Assembly (NCBI GenBank): GCA_977017575.1
Contig: CDRNVI010000196.1
Location: forward strand, 1 to 64,000
DNA: 64,000 bases
Reading direction: 5' to 3'
Origin: Paramoeba atlantica
Lineage: Eukaryota > Protista > Discosea
A program made the position numbers and the translations under genes. This document shows positions 1-12,585 of this stretch, piece after piece. Within the stretch, counting starts at the first letter, position 1. Each line of letters starts with the position of its first letter. The notes under the pieces are model-generated. The model ran no database searches. It was not told where the DNA came from and saw nothing but the letters and a program-made list of their open reading frames with translations.

Positions 1-2951
1 TTTATTTTACTTTATTTTATTTAATTTAATAACCTTTTTATTTTATTGTATTTACCTTTGGTTTATTGAACAGTACAATCCCTGATTGCAAGGGGCACAA
101 TCAGACATCAATTACATTTGAGAATGATCCAAGTTTAGGTGAGCTGACACTCCAACATGTTGAGGTAATAATTTTATTATTTAAAATTTTATTATTTTTT
201 TTTAAATTTATTTTTTGTTCTTGAATTGAAAAATCCAAAACAAAAAAATAAAATTAAAAATTATTTTATTCAATTATTTTGATAGGTTTCGGTTCATATC
301 CGACATCGAAAACCAGGTTATTTTTCTTTCTCTTCTCTCTCTTCTCTCTCTTTTTCTCTCTCTTTCTCTTCTCTTTTGAAACCTCAAATTCAAAAAAAGG
401 GCATATGGAAATTGTTTTAATCTCTCCTGATGGAACAAGAGCAACTTTATTGACGGTTTTTTTCTTTTTATTTCTTTTTCTTTTCTTTTTCTTTTGAAAT
501 CATTTTTAATTTAATTTTTCCTTTCTTTCTTTCTCTTTCTTTTCGATGATAGCCAAGGGCAGCAACGTATAAACCCTCCTCGAAAATCACAGTTTGTTTT
601 TCACTTTATTTTCACAATCTTTTGATTTTGTTTCTAAAAGTTATTTTTTGTATTTAGGTTGATAGTGTGTTGGTTCTTGAGACACAATATTCTCAGCAAG
701 AGGAGGAAGAGGTCTTTTTTTTTTTTGGAATTTCTTTTTCACAATTTTTTATTTTTTTATTTTTTATTTTTATTCTTTATTTTAATTCTCAACAAAAATC
801 AATATGATTAAGATTAATGAGATGAATTTTAAAAAAAAGATTCCAATTTATTGTCTTTTCTTTTTAGATGAAATTTGAAAATGTGGTATTTGTGGATGCT
901 CCGCGTTGTTGTCCTGCTGAAAAGTTTTCTTTTCTTTCTTTTCCTCTTTCCTATTCTTGTTTTTTCTCTTTTCCTTTCGTTTATTTTTAATCTTTTTTCA
1001 GTTGTGAATTCCCATTATTTGAGAATACTGCTGTTGTTGTTGAACCAACACCAATTTGTTCACTGGATCAACAAGTTTTTTCTCTCTTTCTCTTTCTGAT
1101 TTGAATTGAATTAATCTCTAACCTTTTATTTTCTTTCCTCTCTCTTTCCTCTCTTTCCTCTCTCTTTCCTCTCTTTCCTCTCTCTTTCCTCTCTTTCCTC
1201 TCTCTTTCCTCTCTTTTCCTCTCTCTTTCTTCTCACTCAAAAAAAGATAACAAAAATCATCGATCAGTTCGATCAATCAGAAGAAGAAGGAAATCTTGCA
1301 ATGATAATTTTCAAAAGAGTGGATGAACACGCCGAACAAAAAAAATTAGATCCTTATTCTGTTCCTGTTTTGGCTGTTTCTTTGGACGTCTTTCGGATAT
1401 CTTTGGAGAATTTGGTGGAAAATCAACAATCTCATGGTTTGTGTTTTTTTAAATTGCTTTAAATTTGTTTGTTGGAAGAAAAGAAGACTCTCTCTTTTGG
1501 TTTTTGGTTTTTCTAATTTATTTTCTTTCTCCCTTTTTCAGATGTCTTATTATCTCCAGACATAAAATCCCGCCCACAAGATGGAGAAGAACATGTATGC
1601 ATTCTAAATCTTCCAAACAAAAAAGCACAATCTTCAAATCATCTCTGATTTCCCTTTTTTTTTATAGTTGACATGGAAGTTTACCAGCACTTTCTTTTGG
1701 GGTACAGATCCAGAGGTAAAGACTCATCCTCACTTTTTTAGTTACAATCTTGATTTTTTTGACAGAGAAGAGAATTGATCATTTCTATTTCCAGGGAGAG
1801 TGGAGTCTCATGATGTCGGATATGTACTGTTATTATGCCGTATCCTCTCTCCTTCCTTTTTCACTTTCTTTTCTCTCTGGAGAGACATCTCCAAAATTTC
1901 TGTTTTTCTCATTTTTTTTTCAGGGGAAATTGCTCGATGGGCAGATTAATTTCTTCTTTGGTCCCAAAATGGTTCCTGTGCCAAGCCCAAGTCCAAGTCC
2001 ATCTCCATCTCCAACTCCAACTCCAACTCCAACTCCTACTCCTACTCCCACTCCAACTCCAACACCAACACCACCCCCAACTCCTTCTCCTTCTCCTGTT
2101 CCATTCCCATCACCAACACCAACTCCTTCTCCAACACCAACACCAACACCAACTCCTTCTCCAACACCAACACCAACTCCAACACCAACACCAATTCCTT
2201 CTCCTTCTCCAACTCCAACTCCAACGCCAACTCCAACTCCAACGCCAACTCCAACTGAGGTTGTCTTTGCTTCTCCTTGTCGTGCTGAGCGGGAATATTG
2301 TCAAACTTGTTCTCAGGTTGTTTTCTTTTTTCTTATTTTATAAATAAATTTTTCTTTATTTCTTTATTATTTTTTTTTTTTTGGTGTTTTTGAGAGTTTT
2401 ATTTTTTGTTTTCATTCTCGTATGATTCACTTTTTTTCTAGTGCTGTGAAGATTTATTTCCCTTTGAGGTTTATTTTCTCTTTCTTTATTCTTTCTTTCA
2501 ATTGATTTTAATAATTACCTTTTAAAAGTGTGGAGTTTGTATTGAAACAAAATGTGCACAACCAGAGCAAAAACATACATTCCGAAATACATTCTTTGGT
2601 TCCTTTCTTCCCTCTCTCTTTTTCTCCTTTTTTTTTTTTTTCAATTTCTCATTTTTGTTTTAAAAAAAAAGCTTTTCTTCTTGTCTTTGTTCTTGTGGTG
2701 ATTGGGATTCTCCTTTATGGTTTTTTTTTACTTTCTTTCTCTCCATATTTCTTTCTCTCCACATATTCTTTCTCTCCATATTTCTTTCTCTCCATATTTC
2801 TTTCTCTCCATATTTCTTTCTCTCCACATATTCTTTCTCTCCACATATTCTTTCTCTCCACATATTCTTTCTCTCCACATTTTCTTTCACCACATTTCAT
2901 TTCTCTCCACATTTCATTTCTCCAGACCAAAAAACTAAATCATAAAAATCT

Positions 2952-2983
<32 letters not shown>

Positions 2984-3096
2984 AAATAGCAAATTACTAT
3001 GGAATTCCAAATTTCCTTCTTCAAATTCGAGCCACCCAAAATGAATATCGAAATGCACTATCTTCCCCAGAAACTGTTTTAGGAGAAGAAGAATAA
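1..3096 (+). CDS. 3' part of a kexin/furin-like (proprotein convertase) type I membrane protein: P domain with PA-like insert, Pro/Thr stalk, Cys-rich segment, TM, short tail; 5' end outside window
   Basis: Spliced exons read QHVE|[11 protein letters not shown]|[18 protein letters not shown]|PR...[16 protein letters not shown]|GEWSLMMSD (furin P-domain pattern HVxVxxxIxHxxxGDLxIxLxSPxGT...WxFxSTxFWGExPxGxWxL). These are followed by SPSP/TPTP repeats (1975-2260), [13 protein letters not shown]|CCEDLFPFE|[27 protein letters not shown] and a last exon 2990-3096 ending LGEEE*. Confidence 0.8.
2740..2920. repeat. Intronic minisatellite (~18-19-bp ctctccacatattcttt-type units)
   Basis: About nine degenerate copies inside the intron after the TM exon of the first gene. 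Confidence 0.7.
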
Positions 3097-3384
3097 AATG
3101 ATTGTTTTCAAAAATAAAATTTTTTGTTTTCTTTCTTTTTGTTTTGTTGCGAAATTTTTGTTTTTTGTTGTTGGGGTCTTCTCTTTTGCCAAAATCTTCT
3201 CTCTCTCTCTCTCTCTCTCTCAATTTTGAACAAAATTTCAAACGTTTTTGTTTTCAAAAAAGTTTTTTTTTTTGGTTTTCCTTTTTGGTTATTTTTCGGT
3301 TTTTTTGGGGATTCGCCTTTCTTCCTCTTCTTCTCTCTTCTTTTCTTCTCTTCTTTTCTCTTCTCTTTCTTTCTTTTTGAGAAT

Positions 3385-3761
3385 GGACATGTTCGATTTG
3401 GAAGCAAGTCACAAAGATATTAAATTTGAGGGAGATGGGAAGCTCAAAATTTCCTTTCCCATGGGTCCTGCCAATCTTTATTTCTCTCCTCTCTTCTCTC
3501 CTTCTGAGGTTTTGAAAAAGAAAAAGAAAAGGAAAAGGAAATGAGAAAGAAAAGGAAAAGAAAAGGAAAAGGAAAGAAAAGAAATGAAAAAGGAAAGAGA
3601 AAGAAAAAGGGGAAAGAAAGAAAAAAGAGTAGAAAGAGAGAGAGAGAGAGAGACAAGTCATAACTTTTATCACAAAAAAAAGGGGTGTGGAAATGAGTCT
3701 TTTTCTTTCACAATCCAGCACAACAATTGCGTTGTTGTAGGTAATTTGGTTTTTTTTCTTC

Positions 3762-3794
<33 letters not shown>

Positions 3795-4030
3795 TCTCTC
3801 TCTCTCTTTCTTTCTCTCTCTCTCTCTCCTCTCCTCTCTCTCTCTCTTCTCTCTCTTTTGATCTCAGCTTTTGATTTGTTTTTCTTTATTTTGAAAAATG
3901 TTTGGAAGAGAGAATGGTTGTGGAGTACTCCAGAGAGTACTTCTCTTCCTTTCTTCTCTTCCTCTCTTTCTGTCATTGAATCGAGTTTTGCGGATCTCTC
4001 TCCAGAAAAGAGATACTTCCTTCTCTCTCT

Positions 4031-4062
<32 letters not shown>

Positions 4063-4862
4063 TCTCTCTCTTCTCTAATCTTCTTTCATTCCAGGAGCAG
4101 TACCAAAATCTTATCTATCAGAGAAGAGATACCTCTTCAAAGAATCGAGAGTGGCGATGAAGTCTTCTTGTATTGCGGGAGGGAGAGATGATATTCTCTT
4201 TTTTGATTCTGAGAAGAGAGAGTCTTTGAACCATGTTTCTGTTTTTGTTGATAGTGTTGCACAGTTAATTCTCTTTTTCATTCTCTCTCTTTCTCTCTTT
4301 CTCTCTCTTTTTCCTCTGTTCTTTTCTGTGAGAGTGGCAATGAAGTGCTCTTGTATTGCTGTTTCTTTTTCTCTGATTTGGGTTGAGAGGAAGAGGAAGA
4401 GTGAAAAGGAATTTCAAAATTTTTATTTTAATTTCAAAGAAAAGAGATTTTCCCTTTTTCTTTTGTATTCTCTTTTTGATTTTGTTTTTTGGGTGACAGA
4501 ACTCTTGAATTTATTGTCAATGGAGAGACTATTGGAACAACTTCTTATCAAGGTGATTATTTTAAAATTTGAAAAAGAAAAGGAAAGAGAAGAAAAATAT
4601 TTTTGTAATTAGAAAAAGAAAATTTCTCAATTTCTTTTTTTTTCTTCTTCTCATACCTTTCAAATTATACTGAATGATTTTATTTCTCTTTATTGATTTT
4701 ATTTTATTTATTTATTTATTTATTTTTCTTATTTTAGGACAATTCAAAGAAGGATTCAAAGTTGGAATTTGTGGTAACTGGCTCACTGAAGTTGAAATAG
4801 TAATTTCTCTCTCTCTTTTTTTCTTTTCTTATTTTTTTTTGTGAATAATCTTATTGGAAAAT
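3385..4862 (+). CDS. Multi-exon hypothetical protein, possibly SPRY/B30.2-like beta-sandwich; exon structure uncertain
   Basis: Plus-strand GT..AG introns (3742-3868, 4554-4737). Exon peptides are FSFTIQHNNCVVVG, ESGDEVFLYC and GDRTLEFIVNGETIGTTSYQ|GQFKEGFKVGICGNW, resembling the SPRY GDxIGxxxD...TLxFxxNG pattern. In-frame TGA at 3542-3544 lies in a purine-rich stretch that is probably an intron. Confidence 0.3.
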
Positions 4863-5177
4863 AGGAACCGAATTTGTGTCCCAATGTCAAACCTGCGAAA
4901 AGAGATTGAATTAAAATATTGAGAAAAAACCTTTTTTTTTTGTGAAAACAACTCTTTCTTTTGTAACATAAAAATGTGACCAAAAAAAAAAGGAAAAAAG
5001 ATTTGGATAATTTTCATTAAAAATAATTTTTTATTATTGATTAATTAATTTCAGAAGGAAAAAAAATAGAATAAAATCAAAAAAAAAGATTCTTTTCTCT
5101 TTTTCCTTTTCTCATTCTCTTTTTCCTTTCTCTTTCTCTTTTTCCCTTTCTCTTTTCCCTTTCTCTTTTTCCCTTTT

Positions 5178-5431
5178 CTAATATGGAACACGAGAGGGAG
5201 GAGAAAGAATCACTTTACTTTGAGGGAAAAAAGTCGCCCAAATCAAATAAATAAGAAGAGAGAGAGAGAGAATAAGAAAGGTTGTTGGGAGGAGAGAGGG
5301 AGAAGAAGAAGAAGAAGAGAAGAGAGGGTGTGTGAGTTTGGAGGTGTAGAGAGATTTTTGGATTTCTCGGAGTTGTTGGTTTTCTTTGAGTGATTTTTCG
5401 TACTGGAAAAAGAAAATGAAATTTAGTAATG

Positions 5432-5468
<37 letters not shown>

Positions 5469-8400
5469 GTTGGAAAAAAATTGCAGAAAAGAAAAATTTT
5501 CATAAATAAAAAATAAAAAAAAAATAAAAATAAAAAATAAAAAAAATAAAAAAATAAATACCTTAACTAACAAATATTGATAATCAACATTCTCTTCCTC
5601 TTCTCTCTTCCTCTCTCTCTTTATCTCTCTCTCCATCTCTCCTCTCTCCCCCTCTCTCTCTTTCCTCTCTCTCTCCCTCTCCTTCTCTCTCTCTTCTCTC
5701 TCTCTCTCCCTCTCTTTCAATAAAAATTCATTCTCTCTCTTTTCTCTTCTTATCTCTTCCTCCAATTTCTCTCTCTCTTCTATCATTTCTCTCTTTCTCT
5801 CTTCCCATTTCTCTCTCTCTCTCTCTCTCCCTTCCTGAGCAACTCTGAGAACTGTTTCTACTTCTCTCTTATCTCTCTCTTCTCTATCTCTCTCTATTCC
5901 TCTCTCTCCTTTCTCTCTCTCTTTCTCAAAAATCCAATCTAATTTCTTTCTCTCCATCTCTTCTTGTTGTTCTCTTCTCTCTGTTTCTCTCTCTCTTTCT
6001 AATTTACTTAACATTTCCTTTAATTCTCTCGATTTCTCTCTTAAATCTTCTTTTATTCTCTCTTCTCCTCCTTTCTCTTTCTCTCTCTCTTCTCTTCTTC
6101 TTTTCTTCTCTTCTTCTTGTAGTTTTTCTCTTTCTTGAAGAAGTTGAATTTCATTTAAAAGTTCTTCTTCTCTTCTCTTCTTCTCTTCTTCTCTTCTTTG
6201 TCTCTCTTTGTCTCTCTCTTCTCTCTCTCTTTCTAATTCTCTCTCTGTTTCTTCTCTCCTTTCTTTTTCTTCTTGAGCTCGTTTCTCTTCTCTTCTCTTC
6301 TCTTCTTCTCTCTTCTCTCTTTCTATTTGCGCTTCTCTTCTCTCTTTCTCCAATTCTCCTCTCACTTCTCCAATCTCTTTCTCTTTCTCTCTTCTCTCCA
6401 TCTCTCTCTCTCCTCTCTCTTTCTCTCTCCCTCTCTTTCTTTCTTCCTCTCTCTCTTTCTCTTGTTCCTCTCTCTCTCTTGTCTCTCTCTCTATTCTGTG
6501 GAGTTCATCCACAAGTTTCTTAACCTTCTCATCTCTCTCTCCTCTCTCTCTCTCTCTCATCCTCTCTCTCTCTTCTTCAATTTTTCTCCTCTCTTCTTCA
6601 ATTTCTCTCTCTTTCTCTCTCTTCTCTTCTTCAATTCTCTCTCTCTCTTCTTGTGTCTTTCTCATCTCTTCTTCTACTCTCCCTTTCTCTTCTTCCATTC
6701 TCTCTTTCTCTCCTTTCATTCTCTCTTTCTCTTCCTCCATTCCTTTCTGAATCCTTTCAATTTCTCCTCTCTCTCTCTCCCTCTCTCCCTCTCTTCTCTT
6801 CTTCTCTTCTTCCATCTCTTTCTTCTCCTCTTCTACCTTCTTTACTTCTTCTTCTTTCTCTTTCTTCTCTCCTTCTAATTTCTCTCTCTCCTCTCTCAAG
6901 ATCCTCTTCTCTTCTTCTCTCTCTTTCTCTTTCTCTCTCTCCTCTGACAAAATTCTCTCTCTCTCCTCTTTCAATCTTATTTCTTTCTCTTTAATCTCTT
7001 TTCTGAGTCTCTCTCTCTCTTCATCGATTTCTTTTCTCTCTTCTTCTCTTCTCTCTCTCTCTTCTCCTCTTTCAACTTGGCTCTCTCTCTTCTCTTCTGC
7101 AATTCTATTTCTCTCTTCTTCCATCTCTCTCTCTCTTTCTTCTTTCTCTTTTCGAACTTCATTCTCTCTCTCTTCTTTCTCTTTTTTCCACTCTTCCTCT
7201 CTCTTTTCTTTCTCTTCTCTCATTCTCTCTTTTTCTCTTTCTGTCTCTTTTCTTCTTTCCTCAATCTCTCTTTCTCTCTCTTCAAATTCTCTCTCTTTCA
7301 CTTCTAATTCTCTCTCTCTCTCTTCTCTCATCCTATTCCTCTCTTCCACTTCTCTCTTTCTCTTTTCCTCTTCTCTCTCTCTTTCCTCCCTTTCCTCTCT
7401 CAATTTCCTCTCTTCTTCTTCACTTTCTTTCTTCTTCTCTCTCAGAATTCTCTCTTCTTCAGCAATTCCATTCTTCTCTTCTCCAACTCTCTCTCTCTCT
7501 CTCTCCATCTCTTCTCTCTCTCTCTCATATCTCTCTTTCTCTTCCTTCATTCCATCTCTTTCAATTCGTATTCCCTCTCTCTCTCTCTCTATTTCTTCCT
7601 TTTCGCTCTCTACAATCTCTCTCTCTTTCTCCACAGCCAAAATAACTTTTTGCATCTCTCCATAATCTTCTCTTCTCTCTCTCTCTTTTCTCTCTCTCTC
7701 TCTTTCTTCTTCTTTCTTCATCTCCTCTTCATCTTTTTGCAAAGACAATAATACATTTAAATAATTTTCTTGTTCTCTTCTCCTAAGCTCTCTCTCTTCT
7801 TCAATATTTCTCTCTTTTTCTTCTATCACTCTTTCTCTCTCTTCAATTTCTCTTTTCAATCCTTCATTTTCTTCCAAGAGTCGTTTTTTCTCCTTTTCCT
7901 TCTCTTCTTTCTCTCTCTCCTCTCTCTCTCCCTCTTCTTCAAAATCGAGTTGTCTTTTCGCTAACGAGGTAGGTTGTGAGAGAGATCTTTGAATAATAGG
8001 CTCTCCCGCTTCCTAGGATGGGAAGAAGAAAGTCAGAAGAGAGAAACAAGAAAGAGAAAAGAAATATATTTAAAAAATCTCTGAAAGAAAATAAAAAGAA
8101 AAAGAAAAAAAAATAATCACAAAAAAAATAAAAAAAAATAAAAATAAAAAAATAAAAAATAAAAAATAAAAAAAAAATAAAAAAAAAATAAAAAAAATAA
8201 AAAAAATAAATAAATAAAAAATAAAAAATAAAAAATAAAAAATACATAAGTTCTTTGGCGATTAGCAGTATCAAGAAAATGTTCAGAAGCATAAAGAGGA
8301 ACAATAATCTGGCAATTGAGAGGTTGTTTCTTTATATCAACATATGCTTCTCCAATTTTGTCATCGAGTATTGTGTCTGCGTCGAAACACTGTTGTTGAA

Positions 8401-10140
8401 GAGAAAGGAATAGAGAAGAGAGAGAGAGAGAGAGAGAATTGAGAAGAGAGAGAGAGAATTGAGAAGGAGATTGATAATAAGGATAATAAATAATAAAGAA
8501 TAAAGAATAAAGAATAAAAATAAAGAATAAAGAATAAATAAAAGAATAAATAATATAAAAAAAAGAAAGAAAAAAAGACCTGAAAATGAAGTTCAGTATC
8601 ATTTTTAGAAGGATCAAGAGAAACAAGAAAATCTTGATTAAAAATAGGATTCAAAGTTTTGTAACATGTCTATCAAAAAAAAAAGGTGTTATTTCTTTAA
8701 TTTTTATTTCTTTTTTCTGGGGAGAGAGAATATCTCTTCAAAGAGAGAGAAAGAAACAAGAAAGAGGGAGAAGGAGAGAAGGAGAGAAGGTGAGAAAGGA
8801 AAAGAGAGAAAGGGAAAGAGAGAGAAGAGAGAAAGAGAAGAGAGAACCTTTGTTTTATGAACAGGATTTTTTCCTTGATCAGAAATAGTAACATAAGGAT
8901 CATTTTACCACTCAAACGAGAGAACAAGGAAAGAGAGAAGAAAAGGAGAAGAGAGAGAGAGAGAGAGAGAAAAGAACCTTTGTTTTATGAACAGGATTTT
9001 TTCCTTGATAAGAAATAGTAACATGAGGATCACTTTTACCATTCAAATGAGAGGATAAAGAAAGAGAGAAGAGAGAGAGGGAGAGAGGGAGAGAGGGAGA
9101 GAGGGAGAGAGGGAGAGAGGAGAAGGAGAGAGAGAGAGAGAAGAGAGAAGAGAGAAGAGAGAGAAAGAGAGAAGAGAAGAAAACCTTTGTTTTATGAACA
9201 GGATTTTTTCCTTGATAAGAAATAGTAACATAAGGATCACTTTTACCATTCAAATCCATTGCTGCAAGATTGGATCCTTTTACAATATATAAAGCGTAAT
9301 GGTTGCATTGCTCTGTTTCCATTTTTTCTGTTTTAAAAATAATTAAGTAATTAATTATTTTTAAAAAGAATTAATTTTTATTATTTTTATTTTTAAATAC
9401 TAATTCATTTATCTTATTTCTTATTTATTGCTGCAAGATTGGATCCTTTTACAATATATAAAGCGTATTGGTCGCATTGCTCTGTTTCCATTTTTTCTGT
9501 TTTAAAAATAATTAATATATTCAAAAAGAATTAATTTTTATTATTTTTACTTTTATATACTAATTCATTTATCTTCTTTCTTATTTATTGCTGCAAGATT
9601 GGATCCTTTTACAATATATAAAGCGTAGTGGTCGCATTGCTCTGTTTCTATTTTTTTCTGTTTTAAAAAGAATTAAAATATTAATTATTTTTAAAAAGAA
9701 TTAATTTTTATTATATTTTTTTAAATACTCATTCATTTTATCTTATTTCTTATTTATTGCTGCAAAGTTGGATCCTTTTACAATATATTAATACATATTG
9801 CTCTGTATTGCTCTGTTTCCTTTTTTTCTGTTTATTTAATTAATTAATTCATTATTTCTTTATTAATTTCTTTCATTCTTATTATTATTCTTTCTTTACA
9901 ATTTTTTCTTCTTATTGATTCATGACAAGGTTTTTTTTCTTGAAAATTTACAATCTTTTCAAAACAATTTAAAAATAATTAATCATCATCAAACAATATG
10001 ATATTCTTTTCACAATTTTCTTTTTTGTTTTTTTTTGTTTTTCAAAATTGAAAAAAGAAACCATAATCTTTCCCGGCTTGATCTTTCGCGACGACTGGCA
10101 CCAACGCAACATAAAGAAAACCTTTTGACGACTCCGCCAT
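5178..10140 (-). CDS. C2-domain protein with very long E/R/K coiled coil and C-terminal hydrophobic anchor
   Basis: Exon 9327-9185 reads YALYIVKGSNLAAMDLNGKSDPYVTISYQGKNPVHKTK, then TCYKTLNPIFNQDF...LHFQ|CFDADTILDDKIGEAYVDI (canonical C2 with Ca-binding Asp residues). The next exon EAGEPIIQRSL runs into the ORF 7877-5178 coiled coil, with terminal TM PTTFLILSLSLLIYLIWATFF and stop TAG at 5178. The first exon MAESSKGFLY (10140) is tentative. Confidence 0.7.
8846..9830. repeat. Tandem partial duplications of the C2 exon boundaries (3 extra acceptor-side copies, 2 extra donor-side copies)
   Basis: The unit ttattgctgcaagattggatccttttacaatatataaagcg...ctctgtttccattttttctg recurs at ~9427-9499, 9587-9660 and 9756-9830. 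The unit acctttgttttatgaacaggatttttt...cattcaaa recurs at ~8976-9047 and 8846-8917. Copies differ by substitutions and indels. Confidence 0.9.
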
Positions 10141-10515
10141 TTGAAAATTAAACAAAGAAGAAGAACAACAAAGAGAAGAAAGAGAGAGAAAGAGAAAAGA
10201 GAGAGAAAGAGAGAGAAAGAAAGTTTTGAACTTCCCCAAAAAGTTTCTTCTAAAAAAACAAAAAAGGAGGTTCCAAAAACGGTCACTTTTCCGAAAACCA
10301 AAATATACTTTTTTTGGAAATTTTTGTGTCATTTTTACTTTTTTTGGATAATTATGGTTTCTTTTCCATTTTGTGATTTACTATATTTGGATGAAGATTT
10401 TTATTTTTTGTTTTCTTTTTCTTTCTTTTTCTTTCTTTCTCTCTCTTTCTCTCTCTTTCTCTCTCTTTCTCTCTCTTTCTCTCTCTTTCTCTTTCATGAT
10501 GAAAAAAGAGCTTTC

Positions 10516-12500
10516 ATGATGAGTCTTTTTTTATGGAATTTTTTGCTCCTTTGTCTCTCGCTCTCTTTCTTTTCTTCTCTTTCTTCTTCGTCGTTGTTTG
10601 CTGAGGGCAAGAAACTCTCTTCTTCTTCTTCTCTTCCTTCTCTTCTTCGACGAGAAAGAGAAAGAGAAAGAGAAGAAGAAGAAGAAGAAGAAGGATGTAG
10701 AATAAAGCCAGAACCAAAAAGTGTAATGTATATTCGAATTGGGAAGGCTGGTTCTTCTGCTCTTTTTTCTTGGCTTCGCAGGTTTTGTTTTTGTTTTTGT
10801 TTTTTTGTTTTTTTTTGTTTTTTTTTGTTTTTTGTTTTGTTTTTTGTTTTTCCTTTTTTTTTTTCTTTTCTTCTTTCTTCTCTTTTTTGAAATTCTCTTC
10901 TCTCTTCTCCCTCTCTCTTCTCCCTCTCTCTTCTCTTCTCTTCCCCTCTCTCTCTTCTCTCTCTTCCAGAACTCAATTCTCGAGTTCTCTCCTCGTCGGA
11001 AGAGGACAAGACGCAGAAAAAGTCCTCAATTTCGAACAAGAAAACCAATTCATCCAAGATCTTTTCAAAAAGAGAAATTTGAAAAGAGAGGAGAAAGAGA
11101 GAAGGAGAGAGAGAAGAGAGGGAGGGAGAAGAGAGAGGAGGTTTGATGGAGAGGGGGAGGAGGAGGATCGCCCTGTTATTTATGGGGGGGTTCATTCTTT
11201 TTATTTGAATTTTACTCGCCATTCTTTGGAACAGGTTTTTCTTTTTTTCTTTTTTTTTTGTAGATTTAAGAATTATTTTAGAGAAAGGAGAGAGAGAGAG
11301 AGAAGAGAAGAAAGAGATTTTAGTAAAAAAAAAAATGGATTATTAATTATTAATTATTAATTATTAATTATTTTGATTTAATAATTATTTTGATTTAATA
11401 ATTATTTTGATTTATTAATTATTTTGATTTAATAATTATTTTGATTTAATAATTATTCTAATTTATTCTCAACAAAACAACAACAATAGCCGAGTATGTT
11501 TACAATGATGAGAAAACCAGATATTCGATATGTTTCGCAATATGAATTTTGGAGAACTCTCAAATAGAGAGATAGAGATGAGAAGAGAAAGGGAGAAAGA
11601 GATTTGAGTAAAAAAAAAACAATGAATTATTAATTATTAACAATTTTGATTTAATAATTATTTTGATTTATTAATTATTTTGATTTAATAATTATTTTAA
11701 TTTAATTTATTCTCAACAAAACAACAACAATAGCCGAGTATGTTTACAATGATGAGAAAACCAGATATTCGATATGTTTCGCAATATGAATTTTGGAGAA
11801 CTCTTGAAGATGATTTTGGGAAAAGTGTTCAAAATGAAGGACATTCTCTTGAACAATGTCTTCTTCCGGAAAATCAGCGAGGTTTTTTTTTCTTCTTCTT
11901 TTTCTTCTCTTTTTCTTTCTTTTTCTCTTTTCTTTTCCTATTTCGTTTTGAATATATTTTTTTTTCTCTTTCACCAAACAATATCATCTATAAAATTCTG
12001 ATTTTAATAATAATTTTACAAGAATTAATTTTTTTGGAGATGCTCACCAAATTACCAAACATCATATTTATGTGGACATGGGGCTCCCTGTGTTCAACTA
12101 ATTTAAAATTAAAAAATTTCTTATTTTACATCAAATATTTTCTAATTATTTTTTATTTTTTTTATTTATTTATTAATATATTTAAAATTAACAATTTTAT
12201 TTGACTAGAAATACCACTGGGATGTCCACTCCCAAATTATCAAACATCATATTTATGTGGACATGGGGCTCCCTGTGTTCAACTAATTTTATACTAAAAA
12301 ATTGATAATTTTACATTAAATATTTTCTAATTATTTTGATTATTTATTTATTTATTTTATATTAACAATTTTATTTACTAGAAATACCGCTGGGATGTCC
12401 ACCACCAAATTATCAAACATCATATTTATGTGGACATGGGCTTCCCTGTGTTCAACTAATTTTATACTAAAAAATTGCATTAAAATATTTTCTAATTTTT

Positions 12501-12585
<85 letters not shown>

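Noticed and set aside
545-1600. P-domain insertion as an intein/Hint element
   Set aside because: No N-terminal Cys/Ser block or C-terminal His-Asn. The insert is split by introns and aligns better to a PA-like pattern.
3254-3976. Minus-strand 240-aa ORF as the real gene in this interval
   Set aside because: Flanking GT..AG introns with pyrimidine tracts are on the plus strand; the minus ORF is mostly (GA)n-derived ER repeats.
5900-7960. Long plus-strand Ser/Leu/Phe ORFs (e.g. 6273-6878), plus dozens of similar ORFs across the window
   Set aside because: Antisense or intronic shadows of (GA/CT)n and poly-T tracts, which lack stop codons by composition; no domain content.
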